Shown here: piece by piece, positions 41,364-50,627 of the stretch | How positions within the stretch are numbered: the stretch's first letter is position 1 | Layout of the letters: each line of letters begins with the position of its first letter | Origin: an uncultured Bifidobacterium sp. | Lineage (GTDB): Bacteria; Actinomycetota; Actinomycetes; S36-B12; UBA5976 | Length of the DNA stretch: 51,342 nucleotides | Assembly (NCBI GenBank): GCA_964655115.1 | Contig: CAZZKM010000004.1 | Location: 1 to 51,342, forward strand | Direction of reading: 5' to 3' | Notes under the pieces: model-generated | Told to the model about the DNA's origin: nothing | Seen by the model: the letters and a program-made list of their open reading frames with translations, nothing else | Database searches by the model: none | Made by a program: the position numbers and the translations under genes

Positions 41364-42497
41364 CTAGTTCAACTTGCCCCAGAGCGTAGCTAATTTAGCT
41401 GTCGCATCTGTTTGTTGTTTTAGTGTTGGGTAAACAACTGTTACACCAGCTGGCAGTTTAGGAAGGTTTGCAAGATATTTCTTATTTGCAGTTCCTGCCT
41501 TTTGCATAGCATCCAATCTGATTGGACGTGCTCCGCCTGCTAACCACAAGTTTTGTGCTTGATCGCTATATAGATATTCCATCCATAAACGAGCACATGC
41601 TGGGTTTGGTGCAGTCTTTACAACTGCTTGTTGGTAGTAACCACCAATTGCAACTTCACTTGGGATTACTTTTTTCCATTTAACCTTTGTACTTGATTTG
41701 GCATATTTATCTTGTAAATAATCCCAATCAAGAGTTATTGGAGTTTGACCATTTGCCACTGTTGCACTTGAAGCTTGAACTGGAAGGAATGTTCCAGCTT
41801 TTTTCCAAGCTTTAATTGCATCTACACCGTATTTAATATCGTCCAAACCTTTTTTACCACCGGCATATGCGTAAGAGATTGCGAACAATCCGTTACGTGC
41901 AGCAGATGCAGAACTTGGGTTACCGTTCAAAGCAACTTGGTTCTTATAAATTGGATTTGCAAGATCTTTAATTGATTTTGGTGCAACTTTTACTTTGTTT
42001 GCATCATAACCAATTGCAATCACACCACCGTAATCTGAAAAATAAAGACCGGTTTTTTCTTTTGCACCAGCAGGAATGGTATCCCATGTTGCAACTTTGT
42101 ATGGAGCAAATAATCCTTCAGCTGCACCTGCAACTGCGAATGGCAAACCAACATCCACGACATCTGGTGAACGGTTAGAACCTTTTAGCTGACGTACAGC
42201 AGCAAGTTCTTGTGCACTAGATCCCTCTGGATTCTGGCTATCAATGTTTACTCCAGGGTATTTTCTTAAGAAAGTATCAATTACTTCGCCATAGTTTGCC
42301 CAGTCGCGAGGCAAAGCAATTACGTTTAATTGACCTTCTGCTTTACATTTTGCTTCTAATCCTGCAAGACCACCAAAGTCTGCAAGAGAAGTTGCGGTAC
42401 TGCTATCGGCTGCTTGTACTGGTGCCAACATCACTGATGCTGCTAGTGCTGTTGCAATACCAGAAACAAGAAGACCTGAGCGACGACTAATTCGCAC
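41364..42497 (-). CDS. ABC transporter substrate-binding protein (PotD/AfuA-like fold; substrate unknown)
   Basis: GTG at 42497 after SD GGAGG gives signal peptide MRISRRSGLL...PVQA; motifs PDVVDVG, GLFAPYKVATW, PNPACARLWMEYLYSD. The ORF-track start at 42665 appears over-extended. Confidence 0.9.
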   Translation of the reverse strand: MRISRRSGLLVSGIATALAASVMLAPVQAADSSTATSLADFGGLAGLEAKCKAEGQLNVIALPRDWANYGEVIDTFLRKYPGVNIDSQNPEGSSAQELAAVRQLKGSNRSPDVVDVGLPFAVAGAAEGLFAPYKVATWDTIPAGAKEKTGLYFSDYGGVIAIGYDANKVKVAPKSIKDLANPIYKNQVALNGNPSSASAARNGLFAISYAYAGGKKGLDDIKYGVDAIKAWKKAGTFLPVQASSATVANGQTPITLDWDYLQDKYAKSSTKVKWKKVIPSEVAIGGYYQQAVVKTAPNPACARLWMEYLYSDQAQNLWLAGGARPIRLDAMQKAGTANKKYLANLPKLPAGVTVVYPTLKQQTDATAKLATLWGKLN

Positions 42498-42653
42498 AGC
42501 GAACCTCCATATGGTTTTGGGTAGGTTTACCCACCAGTAAGAATGCCACTTTCTAGAAAATTTTTCTACAATTTTCATGAAACAAATCAATAAATTTTTG
42601 CCACGATTTAGGCAGATATATAGTGAAATTTTGAACTTATGTCCCACAAATAA

Positions 42654-42687
42654 CAACAGCCCCAAGGAAAATTCCTTGGGGCTGTTG
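42654..42687 (-). terminator. Intrinsic terminator after the DoxX gene
   Basis: 16-bp inverted repeat CAACAGCCCCAAGGAA / TTCCTTGGGGCTGTTG, followed by TTATTT on the minus strand. Confidence 0.85.
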
Positions 42688-42704
42688 GGGGAGCTTTTGT
42701 TGAT

Positions 42705-43118
42705 TTAGAACAAGGTTGTGTTGCTTAAAACCAAACCAACGCTTTCGCCATGCTTTGCAAAAATGTAGAAGAATGCAAGTGCTGCACCTGCAAGTGCAAT
42801 GTCTTTATTAAATGCAATCATTTCATTCATCTTTGCCATCGCATCAGATTCTTTCCAATATGGATGCATTAAAAATGCAGTTGGAACTAAGAAAATGAAG
42901 ATTAATAGTGCACCAAGATCGCCATAGAAACCTAAAGCAATTAATGCTGCGCCAACTAAAATCATTAACCCGCTTATTACTGTTGAAGCTTTTGCTGCGG
43001 GCACACCTTTAGATGCTGCATATCCTGCCATTGCTGCTGTTTGACGGAGGTGACCAATTCCTGAACCGATAAACAACAATGCAAAAAATAATCTTCCAAC
43101 TAATAACAATATTTCCAT
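42705..43118 (-). CDS. DoxX family membrane protein
   Basis: GRLFFALLFIGSGIGHL, AFLMHPYWKE, FNKDIALAGAAL. Confidence 0.88.
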   Translation of the reverse strand: MEILLLVGRLFFALLFIGSGIGHLRQTAAMAGYAASKGVPAAKASTVISGLMILVGAALIALGFYGDLGALLIFIFLVPTAFLMHPYWKESDAMAKMNEMIAFNKDIALAGAALAFFYIFAKHGESVGLVLSNTTLF

Positions 43119-43237
43119 CTATTTTTTCCTAACCTAATCTTTCTTTGATGATCTATTTGACCATCTGGTCAAGAATAAACCCAACTTTTAAAATCTGCTT
43201 GTTAAAAAGTGGATTTTTTAATGTGTGTCTAATAGAA

Positions 43238-43273
43238 AATTCCCCTCAAGGAAATAAATCCTTGAGGGGAATT
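43238..43273 (-). terminator. Intrinsic terminator after rplL
   Basis: AATTCCCCTCAAGGA-N6-TCCTTGAGGGGAATT; a T-rich tail follows on the minus strand. Confidence 0.88.
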
Positions 43274-43291
43274 CTTGCAATTATTTTGCAA

Positions 43292-43681
43292 TTACTTGAT
43301 AGTTACTTTTCCGCCCGCAGCTTCGATTAATTCTTTAGCTTTGGTTGCTGCTTCCTTGTTAACTTTTTCAAGTACTGGTTTTGGTGCACCTTCAACTAAA
43401 TCTTTTGCTTCTTTCAAACCAAGATTTGTTAAGGTACGAACTTCTTTAATAACTTGGATTTTCTTATCTCCACCATCTTCCAAGATGACATCAAATTCAT
43501 CTTGTCCTGAAGCTGCTGCATCTGCGCCTGCTCCACCTGCTGCTGGTGCTGCTGCAACTGCAACTGGTGCTGCTGCTGTTACGCCAAATGTTTCTTCGAA
43601 TTGCTTAACAAAATCTGCTAGTTCAATCAAAGTCATTTCTTTGAAAGCACTTAACAAATCTTCATTTGCTATTTTTGCCAT
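43292..43681 (-). CDS. rplL: 50S ribosomal protein L7/L12
   Basis: [33 protein letters not shown]. Confidence 0.98.
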   Translation of the reverse strand: MAKIANEDLLSAFKEMTLIELADFVKQFEETFGVTAAAPVAVAAAPAAGGAGADAAASGQDEFDVILEDGGDKKIQVIKEVRTLTNLGLKEAKDLVEGAPKPVLEKVNKEAATKAKELIEAAGGKVTIK

Positions 43682-43702
43682 TTTTATTTTCCTTTTCTTT
43701 TC

Positions 43703-44224
43703 TTAGTTCTCTTGTGACTTCTGTTGCTGCAAAGCTCCAAGTGCTCTTGCGGTCTTTGACAATGGTGCAGCAAATAAATACACAGCTTGTGAAAGTGATG
43801 CATTCATCGCACCTGCCAATTTGGCAAGGAGTACTTCTCTTGATTCAAGATCTGCTAGACGAAGAATTTCTTGGCTTGATAAAACTTTGCCATCCATGTA
43901 AGCACCTTTAATAACAAGTGCAGGATTTTCTTTTGCAAAGTTTTTTAAGCCTTTTGCAGATTCAACTGCGTCGCCTTCAATGAATGCAATGGCGCTTGGG
44001 CCTTTAAGCATTTCATCAATTCCTTCAACTCCAGCAGCTTTTGCAGCCAAACGTGACAAAGTATTTTTTACAACCGCATAAGTTGTTTTAGGACCCAATG
44101 CACGACGCAATTCTTTTAATTGCGTCACGGTTAGTCCGCGGTACTCGGTCATCACAGTTGCAGATGATTTACGAAAGTTTTCCGTCATCTCTGCAATAAC
44201 TGAGGACTTTTCAGCACTCGCCAT
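43703..44224 (-). CDS. rplJ: 50S ribosomal protein L10
   Basis: [38 protein letters not shown]. Confidence 0.98.
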   Translation of the reverse strand: MASAEKSSVIAEMTENFRKSSATVMTEYRGLTVTQLKELRRALGPKTTYAVVKNTLSRLAAKAAGVEGIDEMLKGPSAIAFIEGDAVESAKGLKNFAKENPALVIKGAYMDGKVLSSQEILRLADLESREVLLAKLAGAMNASLSQAVYLFAAPLSKTARALGALQQQKSQEN

Positions 44225-44277
44225 TGAGACTTCCTTTTCTTTTATCAGGCTGATTTTTAAGATTTCAATTTAGAAAT

Positions 44278-44431
44278 AAAAAAACCTGGATGCACAAATG
44301 CTCCAGGTAATTTAGAAACAAATTTAATTTGCTTCTAACACTTACTTTTCACACCTGCGCGGGCTCTCAAATTTCTTTTGAGTCTTAGTTTTCTTCTAGT
44401 TTTATCTAGTTGAAAAACCAGCGGTCTTCGG
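44278..44431 (-). promoter_or_regulatory. L10 leader with attenuator-like terminator
   Basis: Minus strand CCGAAGACCGCTGG (44418-44431)...CCCGCGCAGGTG (44352-44363) match the L10(L12)4-binding leader core. They are followed by CCTGGAGCATTTGTGCATCCAGG plus poly-T (44285-44307) before rplJ. Confidence 0.8.
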
Positions 44432-44440
44432 CTTCTTGCT

Positions 44441-44502
44441 TTCTTAAAGATTACCTAACTTGCAAATATGGGTAACTTCCAGGCTAGGTAATCTTTCAAG
44501 AA
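44441..44502 (-). other. Long inverted repeat just downstream of rplA
   Basis: AAAGATTACCTA (44446-44457) / TAGGTAATCTTT (44485-44496), extendable via TTCTT/AAGAA with a one-base bulge; 27-nt loop. Confidence 0.65.
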
Positions 44503-44508
44503 ATCTAA

Positions 44509-45216
44509 TTAGTCTTCTGAGTCAGCTGCTCCAGAAGCGCCTACTTCTACAGGAATTCCAGGTCCCATAGCTGAAGACATAATGGCTTTCTTTATATAAC
44601 GACCCTTTGCTGAAGCTGGTTTAGAACGACCAATTTCATCAAGAGCTGCTAAATAGTTTTCAGCCAATTGTTGTTCACTAAATGAAGATCTTCCAATTGG
44701 AAAATGTAAATTTGAATTTTTATCAATTCTAAATTCGATTTTTCCACCTTTAATGTCTTGGACAGCTTTTGCGACATCCATAGTTACAGTTCCTGTTTTT
44801 GGATTTGGCATTAAACCTCTTGGTCCAAGCACTTTACCTAAACGACCAACTTTTCCCATCAAATCTGGAGTTGATACGCATGAATCAAAATCTGTGTAAC
44901 CGTTGGCAACTTTTTCAATTAAGTCATCGCCTCCGACTTCATCTGCTCCTGCAGCTCTTGCTTCTGCAGCTTTATCTGCATTTGCAAAAACAATTACGCG
45001 GGCAGTTTTACCTGTTCCGTGTGGCAAGTTAACTGTGCCTCGAACCATTTGATCAGCTTTTTTAGGGTCAACACCTAATGCCATGGAAACTTCAACTGTG
45101 GCATCGAATTTAACTGTGGTGGTTTTTTTCGCTAATGTTGCTGCATCAAGTGCTGAATAAACTTTTGATTTATCAACTAACTTTTCTGCTTCTCTATATT
45201 TCTTGCTGCGTTTCAT
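44509..45216 (-). CDS. rplA: 50S ribosomal protein L1
   Basis: [28 protein letters not shown]. Confidence 0.99.
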   Translation of the reverse strand: MKRSKKYREAEKLVDKSKVYSALDAATLAKKTTTVKFDATVEVSMALGVDPKKADQMVRGTVNLPHGTGKTARVIVFANADKAAEARAAGADEVGGDDLIEKVANGYTDFDSCVSTPDLMGKVGRLGKVLGPRGLMPNPKTGTVTMDVAKAVQDIKGGKIEFRIDKNSNLHFPIGRSSFSEQQLAENYLAALDEIGRSKPASAKGRYIKKAIMSSAMGPGIPVEVGASGAADSED

Positions 45217-45242
45217 ACTTGCTGCTCCTTAACTATGCAGTT

Positions 45243-45305
45243 TGTGGTTTTACTGAGCTCGCAGAAGCTCTCCCACTCTTGAAAAACTGATTTAGTTTTT
45301 CAAGA
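45243..45305 (-). promoter_or_regulatory. Candidate L1-binding site plus upstream hairpin in the rplK-rplA spacer
   Basis: Minus strand TCTTGAAAAACT-AAATC-AGTTTTTCAAGA (perfect 12-bp stem), then GTGG-GAG-AGCT...AGCTC-AGTAAAA-CCAC, which resembles the L1 operator (GGAG internal loop with an A-rich opposite strand). Confidence 0.6.
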
Positions 45306-45313
45306 AATCTTTT

Positions 45314-45745
45314 TTAGTCAACGACTGTTATACCCATGGAACGTGCAGTTCCTTCAATAATGCGAGATGCTGCTTCGACATCATTTGCGTTTAGATCAGC
45401 CATTTTTGTTGTTGCTATTTCTTTTACTTGAGCTTTGGTAACTTTGCCAACCTTATTTAGAAGTGGGTTGTCAGTTCCTTTTTCAATTCCTGCTGCCTTT
45501 AGTAACAATCTTGAAGCAGGAGGAGTTTTAGTTACAAAAGTAAAAGATCTATCTTCATAAACCGTAATTTCAACTGGAATTACTTGACCTTTATGTTGTT
45601 CGGTTGCTGCGTTGTAAGCCTTGCAAAATTCCATGATGTTTACACCATGTTGACCAAGGGCTGGGCCTACTGGAGGTGCTGGGTTTGCTTGACCTGCCAC
45701 GATTTGTAATTTAATAAATCCAGATACTTTTTTCTTTGGTGCCAT
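45314..45745 (-). CDS. rplK: 50S ribosomal protein L11
   Basis: [32 protein letters not shown]. Confidence 0.99.
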   Translation of the reverse strand: MAPKKKVSGFIKLQIVAGQANPAPPVGPALGQHGVNIMEFCKAYNAATEQHKGQVIPVEITVYEDRSFTFVTKTPPASRLLLKAAGIEKGTDNPLLNKVGKVTKAQVKEIATTKMADLNANDVEAASRIIEGTARSMGITVVD

Positions 45746-45760
45746 TATCTTTTCCTTTTA

Positions 45761-46534
45761 CTAGTTCTTCTGAATCTGACTAAATCCGAGTTCAACTGGA
45801 GTTTCACGTCCAAATATTTCAACCAAACCGGTGACTTTTTGTGAATCGGTATTGATTTCTGAAATTGTTGCTTGCAAAGTAGCAAATGGACCATCTACCA
45901 CTGTTACTGAATCTCCGACTGCAAAATCCAAAACTTGTACTTCGCGAACTGTAGTTGTTTGACCAGTTGTTGGAGAAACAATTCTTTTTTCAATTCGTGG
46001 AGCAAGAATTGCTACAACTTCTTCAAGTTTTAATGGTGAAGGTGTGTGAGCATGACCTACGAAACCAGTAACACCTGGAGTATGTCTTACTGCACCCCAT
46101 GATTCATCAGTTAATTCCATTCTTACTAAAACATAGCCTGGGAATTTATTTCTTTTAATTTGTTTTCTGTTACCACCTTTAATTTCGGTGATTTCTTCAA
46201 CTGGAACTTCTACTTGGTAAATGTAATCTTCCATATTCAAAGATTGAATACGGTTTTCCAAATTTGTTTTAACTCTATTTTCTAAACCTGCATAAGAGTG
46301 GATTACATACCAGTCTCCTGCTTGAAGTCTTAAAGATTCTGCAAATGCAGTTACTGGATCAACATCTTCTGCAACTGGAGTTGATGTTTCAGAAGTTTCT
46401 TCTGGTTTGGTTTCAACTAACTCCACATTTTCAGCTGGTGTAGTTTCTGCAACATCTGCTAAAGCCACAGTTGTGTTTTCTGTTTGAGCAGGTTGAGTTA
46501 CATCTTCAGCATGTGAGAATGGTGATTCAGTCAC
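45761..46534 (-). CDS. nusG: Transcription termination/antitermination factor NusG, with an acidic N-terminal extension
   Basis: [36 protein letters not shown] region [17 protein letters not shown]. Confidence 0.98.
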   Translation of the reverse strand: MTESPFSHAEDVTQPAQTENTTVALADVAETTPAENVELVETKPEETSETSTPVAEDVDPVTAFAESLRLQAGDWYVIHSYAGLENRVKTNLENRIQSLNMEDYIYQVEVPVEEITEIKGGNRKQIKRNKFPGYVLVRMELTDESWGAVRHTPGVTGFVGHAHTPSPLKLEEVVAILAPRIEKRIVSPTTGQTTTVREVQVLDFAVGDSVTVVDGPFATLQATISEINTDSQKVTGLVEIFGRETPVELGFSQIQKN

Positions 46535-46548
46535 TATTTATCCTTTTC

Positions 46549-46785
46549 CTAGTTTCCAAATATTCTGATTGTGATTTGGGTGAAACCGAAATCAAAAGCG
46601 GCGATAATTAAAGCAACGATTACGACGAAAACTAAAACAATAATTGTGTAATTAATTAATTGGCGTTGAGTTGGCCAAATTACTTTTTTTAATTCTGAAA
46701 TTACTTCACGAATAAAGTTACGAGCTCTGACAAAAGGATTTTGACGCACAGCATCCAATGACACATTGGCAGTCTTTTCAGTCAT
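46549..46785 (-). CDS. secE: Preprotein translocase subunit SecE
   Basis: ELKKVIWPT followed by one TM helix; lies between tRNA-Trp and nusG. Confidence 0.95.
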   Translation of the reverse strand: MTEKTANVSLDAVRQNPFVRARNFIREVISELKKVIWPTQRQLINYTIIVLVFVVIVALIIAAFDFGFTQITIRIFGN

Positions 46786-46826
46786 ACTTCGTCCTTTTTT
46801 ATTTTTTTGCTAGAAGTTTCTTTTTG

Positions 46827-46899
46827 CAGGGGCGACAGGATTTGAACCTGCAACCGCCGGTTTTGGAGACCGGTACGCTACCAGTTGCGCCACACCCCT
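46827..46899 (-). tRNA. tRNA-Trp (anticodon CCA)
   Basis: AGGGGTG acceptor stem, anticodon arm CCGGT-CTCCAAA-ACCGG, T-loop TTCAAAT. No encoded 3' CCA. Confidence 0.97.
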
Positions 46900-47043
46900 A
46901 AGCGCACCAAAAGCTGCCGATCACGCTAAAGATTGGCATTCTTCGCACAGCGTCTTCACGCTTGAATAACTTTACGGGGACACAATATTAATCAGTCCTA
47001 CTGGGTGAAACCTTGAGAAGAACATCCTGACAACATTGGCTAT

Positions 47044-48237
47044 ATGGCCAAAGAAATCTCAGACCGCGTTTTAGCAATTGCCGAATCAGCCACCCTGGCA
47101 GTTGATGCCAAAGCCAAAGCGCTTAAGGCACAAGGTCGTTCGGTAATTGGTTTTGGCGCAGGTGAACCAGATTTTCCAACTCCAGTACACATCGTGGAAG
47201 CTGCACAAAAAGCAGCAAGTGAAGTTTCTAATCACAGATATTCTCCAACTCCAGGTTTAGCAAATTTAAGAGAAGCAATTGCAAATGCTGCAACTAAAGA
47301 TGACGGTTTGGAATTTAAAGCTGATGAAGTAGTTGTAACAAATGGTGGTAAACAAGCAATTTTTAATACTATGGCTACTTTAATTAACCCTGGTGATGAA
47401 GTTTTACTACAAGCCCCATATTGGGTTACCTATCCTGAAGCTGTTCAAATTTTTGGTGGCAAACCAGTTGTAATTAATTCTAATGAAACTACAAACTACA
47501 AAATAAATGTAAATGATTTAGAAAAAGCTTACACAAATAAAACAAAAATGCTTATTTTTGTTTCTCCATCAAATCCAACTGGCACTGTTTACACACCGCA
47601 AGAAGTTAAAGAAATTGGCCAATGGGCAAAAAGTAAAAATATTTGGGTAATGACTGATGAAATTTATCAACATTTAATTTATGAAGGTTCACAATTTTCT
47701 TCAATAGTTGGTTTAGTTCCTGAATTAAAAGACAAATGTGTCATTGTTAATGGTGTGGCAAAAACCTATGCGATGACTGGTTGGCGAGTTGGTTGGACAA
47801 TTGGGCCAAAAGAATTTACAAAAGCATCAATCAATCTGCAATCTCACATGACAAGTAACGTAAACAATATTTCTCAACAGGCAGCATTTGCAGCTTTAAC
47901 CGGCCCGCAAGATATTTTAAAAACAATGTTAAATGCATTTAATAATAGAAGAAAAACAATTGTGAAAATGCTCAATGAAATAAATGGATTTATGTGCCCT
48001 GAACCAGGTGGTGCTTTCTATGTTTATCCATCTGTAAAAAATGTTTTAGGAAAAACAATTAATGGCAAAACGATTAATTCATCCCTTGATCTTGCAAATA
48101 TTGCCTTAGAAGAATCTGATGTGGCATTAGTTCCAGGCGAAGCTTTTGGAACTCCAGGTTATATAAGAATGAGTTATGCCTTAAGTGACAAAGACTTAAT
48201 TGAAGGTGTAACCAGATTACAAAAATTATTTAACTAA
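47044..48237 (+). CDS. aspC: PLP-dependent aminotransferase class I/II (aspartate aminotransferase-like)
   Basis: [40 protein letters not shown]. Conserved position divergent from tRNA-Trp. Confidence 0.9.
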   Translation: MAKEISDRVLAIAESATLAVDAKAKALKAQGRSVIGFGAGEPDFPTPVHIVEAAQKAASEVSNHRYSPTPGLANLREAIANAATKDDGLEFKADEVVVTNGGKQAIFNTMATLINPGDEVLLQAPYWVTYPEAVQIFGGKPVVINSNETTNYKINVNDLEKAYTNKTKMLIFVSPSNPTGTVYTPQEVKEIGQWAKSKNIWVMTDEIYQHLIYEGSQFSSIVGLVPELKDKCVIVNGVAKTYAMTGWRVGWTIGPKEFTKASINLQSHMTSNVNNISQQAAFAALTGPQDILKTMLNAFNNRRKTIVKMLNEINGFMCPEPGGAFYVYPSVKNVLGKTINGKTINSSLDLANIALEESDVALVPGEAFGTPGYIRMSYALSDKDLIEGVTRLQKLFN

Positions 48238-49255
48238 TTTTAAGTATTTTTGGTTCTATTTGTAATTCAATTTTAAATTTAGCTAAGACATCACTTCTGA
48301 TTTTTTCGGCTAGAGCAATAATTTCTTGAGCACTAGCATTTCCAGAATTACAAATTGCCAAAGTATGTTTATTCGAGATGTAGGCATTATTAAATTTATA
48401 TCCTTTGTTGAATCCAGCTTGTTCGATCAACCATGCTGCACTTGTTTTAAATTTTCCATCTGGTGCATCATATGTAGGTGCATTTTCTGGAATTTCTTCT
48501 TTTGGCATTACGGGATTTATAAAAAATGAACCAACACTATAGGTATCTGAATCCAAAGGATTTAGAACCATTCCTTTAGATTTTCTTATCTCTAAAATTG
48601 CTTTTCTCAATTCTTTTATTGGTACTAAACTTCCAGGATTTACATTTAGAAAGTTAGCGACCTCAGGATAATTAGTTAAATTTGATTCTTTGGTTTTTTT
48701 AAATCTAAAAGTTACATTTTCAATTATAAATTTTGATTGCATATTTTTTAAACGTGAAGTTCTGTATCCAAATTTAAGTTCTTCATTTGTAAGTTGTCTT
48801 ATTTTGCCAGTTGACCCATCGACAATTTGAAGTGATTTGATTGTGGACTTAACTTCACTTCCATAAGCTCCAACATTTTGAATAGGAGTAGCGCCAATAG
48901 TTCCTGGAATTCCTGAAAGTGTTTCAATTCCTGCAAAACCTTGATCCACGACATCTTCAACAAATTCATCCCAACTAATTCCTGCTCCAGCAGTTATTTC
49001 TATATAGTCATTATCAAGTTTGGTTGTTTGCTTAACTATTTTCATTAATGCAATTGGTGTATTTATTTCATGATCTGGGGCAAGAATATTTGATCCCCCG
49101 CCAAGAACAAAAAAATCTTTATTGCCAAATTCTAAAATGAAATCTTGAATATCAACAGGACTGGTAATTTCGCAAACTGTATGGGCGATTCCGCCTATTC
49201 TTAAACTCGTATGATCTGCAAGTTTAAAATTTTTTAACTTCTTCACATTTGACAT
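48230..49255 (-). CDS. murB: UDP-N-acetylmuramate dehydrogenase
   Basis: [66 protein letters not shown]. The start could be 49255 or 49264. Confidence 0.95.
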   Translation of the reverse strand: MSNVKKLKNFKLADHTSLRIGGIAHTVCEITSPVDIQDFILEFGNKDFFVLGGGSNILAPDHEINTPIALMKIVKQTTKLDNDYIEITAGAGISWDEFVEDVVDQGFAGIETLSGIPGTIGATPIQNVGAYGSEVKSTIKSLQIVDGSTGKIRQLTNEELKFGYRTSRLKNMQSKFIIENVTFRFKKTKESNLTNYPEVANFLNVNPGSLVPIKELRKAILEIRKSKGMVLNPLDSDTYSVGSFFINPVMPKEEIPENAPTYDAPDGKFKTSAAWLIEQAGFNKGYKFNNAYISNKHTLAICNSGNASAQEIIALAEKIRSDVLAKFKIELQIEPKILKIS

Positions 49256-49268
49256 GTTAATCAATCAT

Positions 49269-50192
49269 TTATCTTCTAGGACTTAAAATTTCAGTTTTTC
49301 CTCTGAAATTTTGAAGTATTCGATCATAAGTTTTCCTGGACTCTTTATCTCGGTATTCAATATCAGAATCATGGTAACCATGATGTCTTTTTTGCTCAAT
49401 CTTTAAATCCTTTGAATAAGCAATTAATTTGTAACCTTCTGTTCTTAGTGAAAGGGACCACTCTAGATCTGCATTTCGATAAAATTTAGCTTTTGAGTTA
49501 GCTGGAATTTGTTTAGCAATTTCTGTTTTGATTATGAAAAAGTAACTTAAAAGTATGTCGACTTCGCCATCGCCTTTATCTTCGACGCTTCTCCATTGAT
49601 CTTCGAGATTTACTAAAGCACCTTTCCAGCCCACCGCTGCAACTTTTTCATCAAATTTTTCTAATAGTTTAGTAAAAACATCTTCAGCGATAATTGAAGA
49701 TAAATCCATAATCACACTGTATGGATTTTCATTAATTTCAATTAGTTTATTTATTGAATTAGCCCAGCCAGCTTCTTGTACAGATTGGCTAAGGTGAATA
49801 ACTTCTATTTGATTTTGGGATTTTGCCTCTTCATTTAAATAGTTTCCGACTTTTTCTTTATTAGCAAATTCAAGAATCAGGATTGAAGTTTCTTCATTTA
49901 AATATTTTAATAAGGATTGCAGGCACTCTTTAGTGTCTTCTAGCCAACCATCTACCAAAAGTAAAACTGTAACTTGGCATTTATTTTTTTGCTTATATTT
50001 AATTGAATTTAAATTTTCAAACACTTCAAACTCAGGTTTTTCAACTAAATCAAAACCAGTGGCAGTATCTTTTACTAAGTATCCTTTTTTCGCAATCTCA
50101 TCCCGTAATTGATCTGATAGTGAATAGTCTTTATTTTTTCTTGCTTCAACTCTTTTTTGTGCTAAATCAATTACTTCTTGAGGAATACTCAT
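49269..50192 (-). CDS. Fusion protein: CysRS C-terminal (anticodon-binding)-like helical domain and GT2/GT-A-like domain
   Basis: Residues 1-50 (LAQKRVEARKNKDYSLSDQLRDEIAKKGYLVKDTATG) match the CysRS C-terminal pattern. The rest has GT-A features (VTVLLLV...ECLQSL, GWANSIN, VIMDLS, FFIIK, NADLEWSLSLRTEGYK). Confidence 0.7.
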   Translation of the reverse strand: MSIPQEVIDLAQKRVEARKNKDYSLSDQLRDEIAKKGYLVKDTATGFDLVEKPEFEVFENLNSIKYKQKNKCQVTVLLLVDGWLEDTKECLQSLLKYLNEETSILILEFANKEKVGNYLNEEAKSQNQIEVIHLSQSVQEAGWANSINKLIEINENPYSVIMDLSSIIAEDVFTKLLEKFDEKVAAVGWKGALVNLEDQWRSVEDKGDGEVDILLSYFFIIKTEIAKQIPANSKAKFYRNADLEWSLSLRTEGYKLIAYSKDLKIEQKRHHGYHDSDIEYRDKESRKTYDRILQNFRGKTEILSPRR

Positions 50193-50195
50193 AAG

Positions 50196-50627
50196 TTATG
50201 AAAGTTGAGCAATAATGATTGAACGACCCAAAACTTTTACACCTTGGCATCTTGCTTCTAATCCAATTTTTATTTGTTTATTATCAATTTTTTCTTCAAT
50301 TTTTCCACTAAATTCTACAAGTGTTCCTTCACTGTTATTTGGAACTACCACTGGAGAAGAAAATTTTACGGAAAAACTTTTTATGGCATTTATATCTTTT
50401 AGCCAATTTGTCACAACATTTCCAGCTATAGCCATAGTTAACATTCCATGCGCTATGACATCTGGAAGTCCAACTGATTTTGCAAATTCTTCGTCCAAAT
50501 GAATTCTATTTTGATCCCCGGATGCATTTGCATAATCTACTAAATCTTGGCGCTTATAAGTATGAGTCAGTTTTGGTAATTCAAACCCCACTTCAACTTC
50601 ATCGAATTTAATAATTGTCATGATCAA
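50196..50627 (-). CDS. MaoC-family (hotdog) dehydratase, HadB-like
   Basis: Hydratase-2 motif YANASGDQNRIHLDEEFA...IAHGMLTM. Confidence 0.88.
   Translation of the reverse strand: MIMTIIKFDEVEVGFELPKLTHTYKRQDLVDYANASGDQNRIHLDEEFAKSVGLPDVIAHGMLTMAIAGNVVTNWLKDINAIKSFSVKFSSPVVVPNNSEGTLVEFSGKIEEKIDNKQIKIGLEARCQGVKVLGRSIIIAQLS

Noticed and set aside
42600-42645. Possible PHO box (GTTCA...TTCAC) upstream of the ABC-phosphoesterase operon
   Set aside because: The repeats are not at the 11-nt spacing of actinobacterial PhoP boxes and match poorly.
42498-42665. 56-codon N-terminal extension of the SBP in the ORF track
   Set aside because: It would bury the signal peptide. A GGAGG SD directly precedes GTG 42497.
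42654-43273. Shared CAAGGA...TCCTTG core in the DoxX and rplL terminators, suggesting a REP-like repeat or mini-CRISPR
   Set aside because: Only two copies with a short shared core, each explained as an intrinsic terminator. There are no spacers and no cas genes.
43145-43706. Plus-strand ORFs 43145-43330 and 43275-43706
   Set aside because: They are antisense to rplL and cross its terminator, with no coding signature.
45761-46534. Long acidic N-terminal extension on NusG
   Set aside because: This is a normal feature of actinobacterial NusG.
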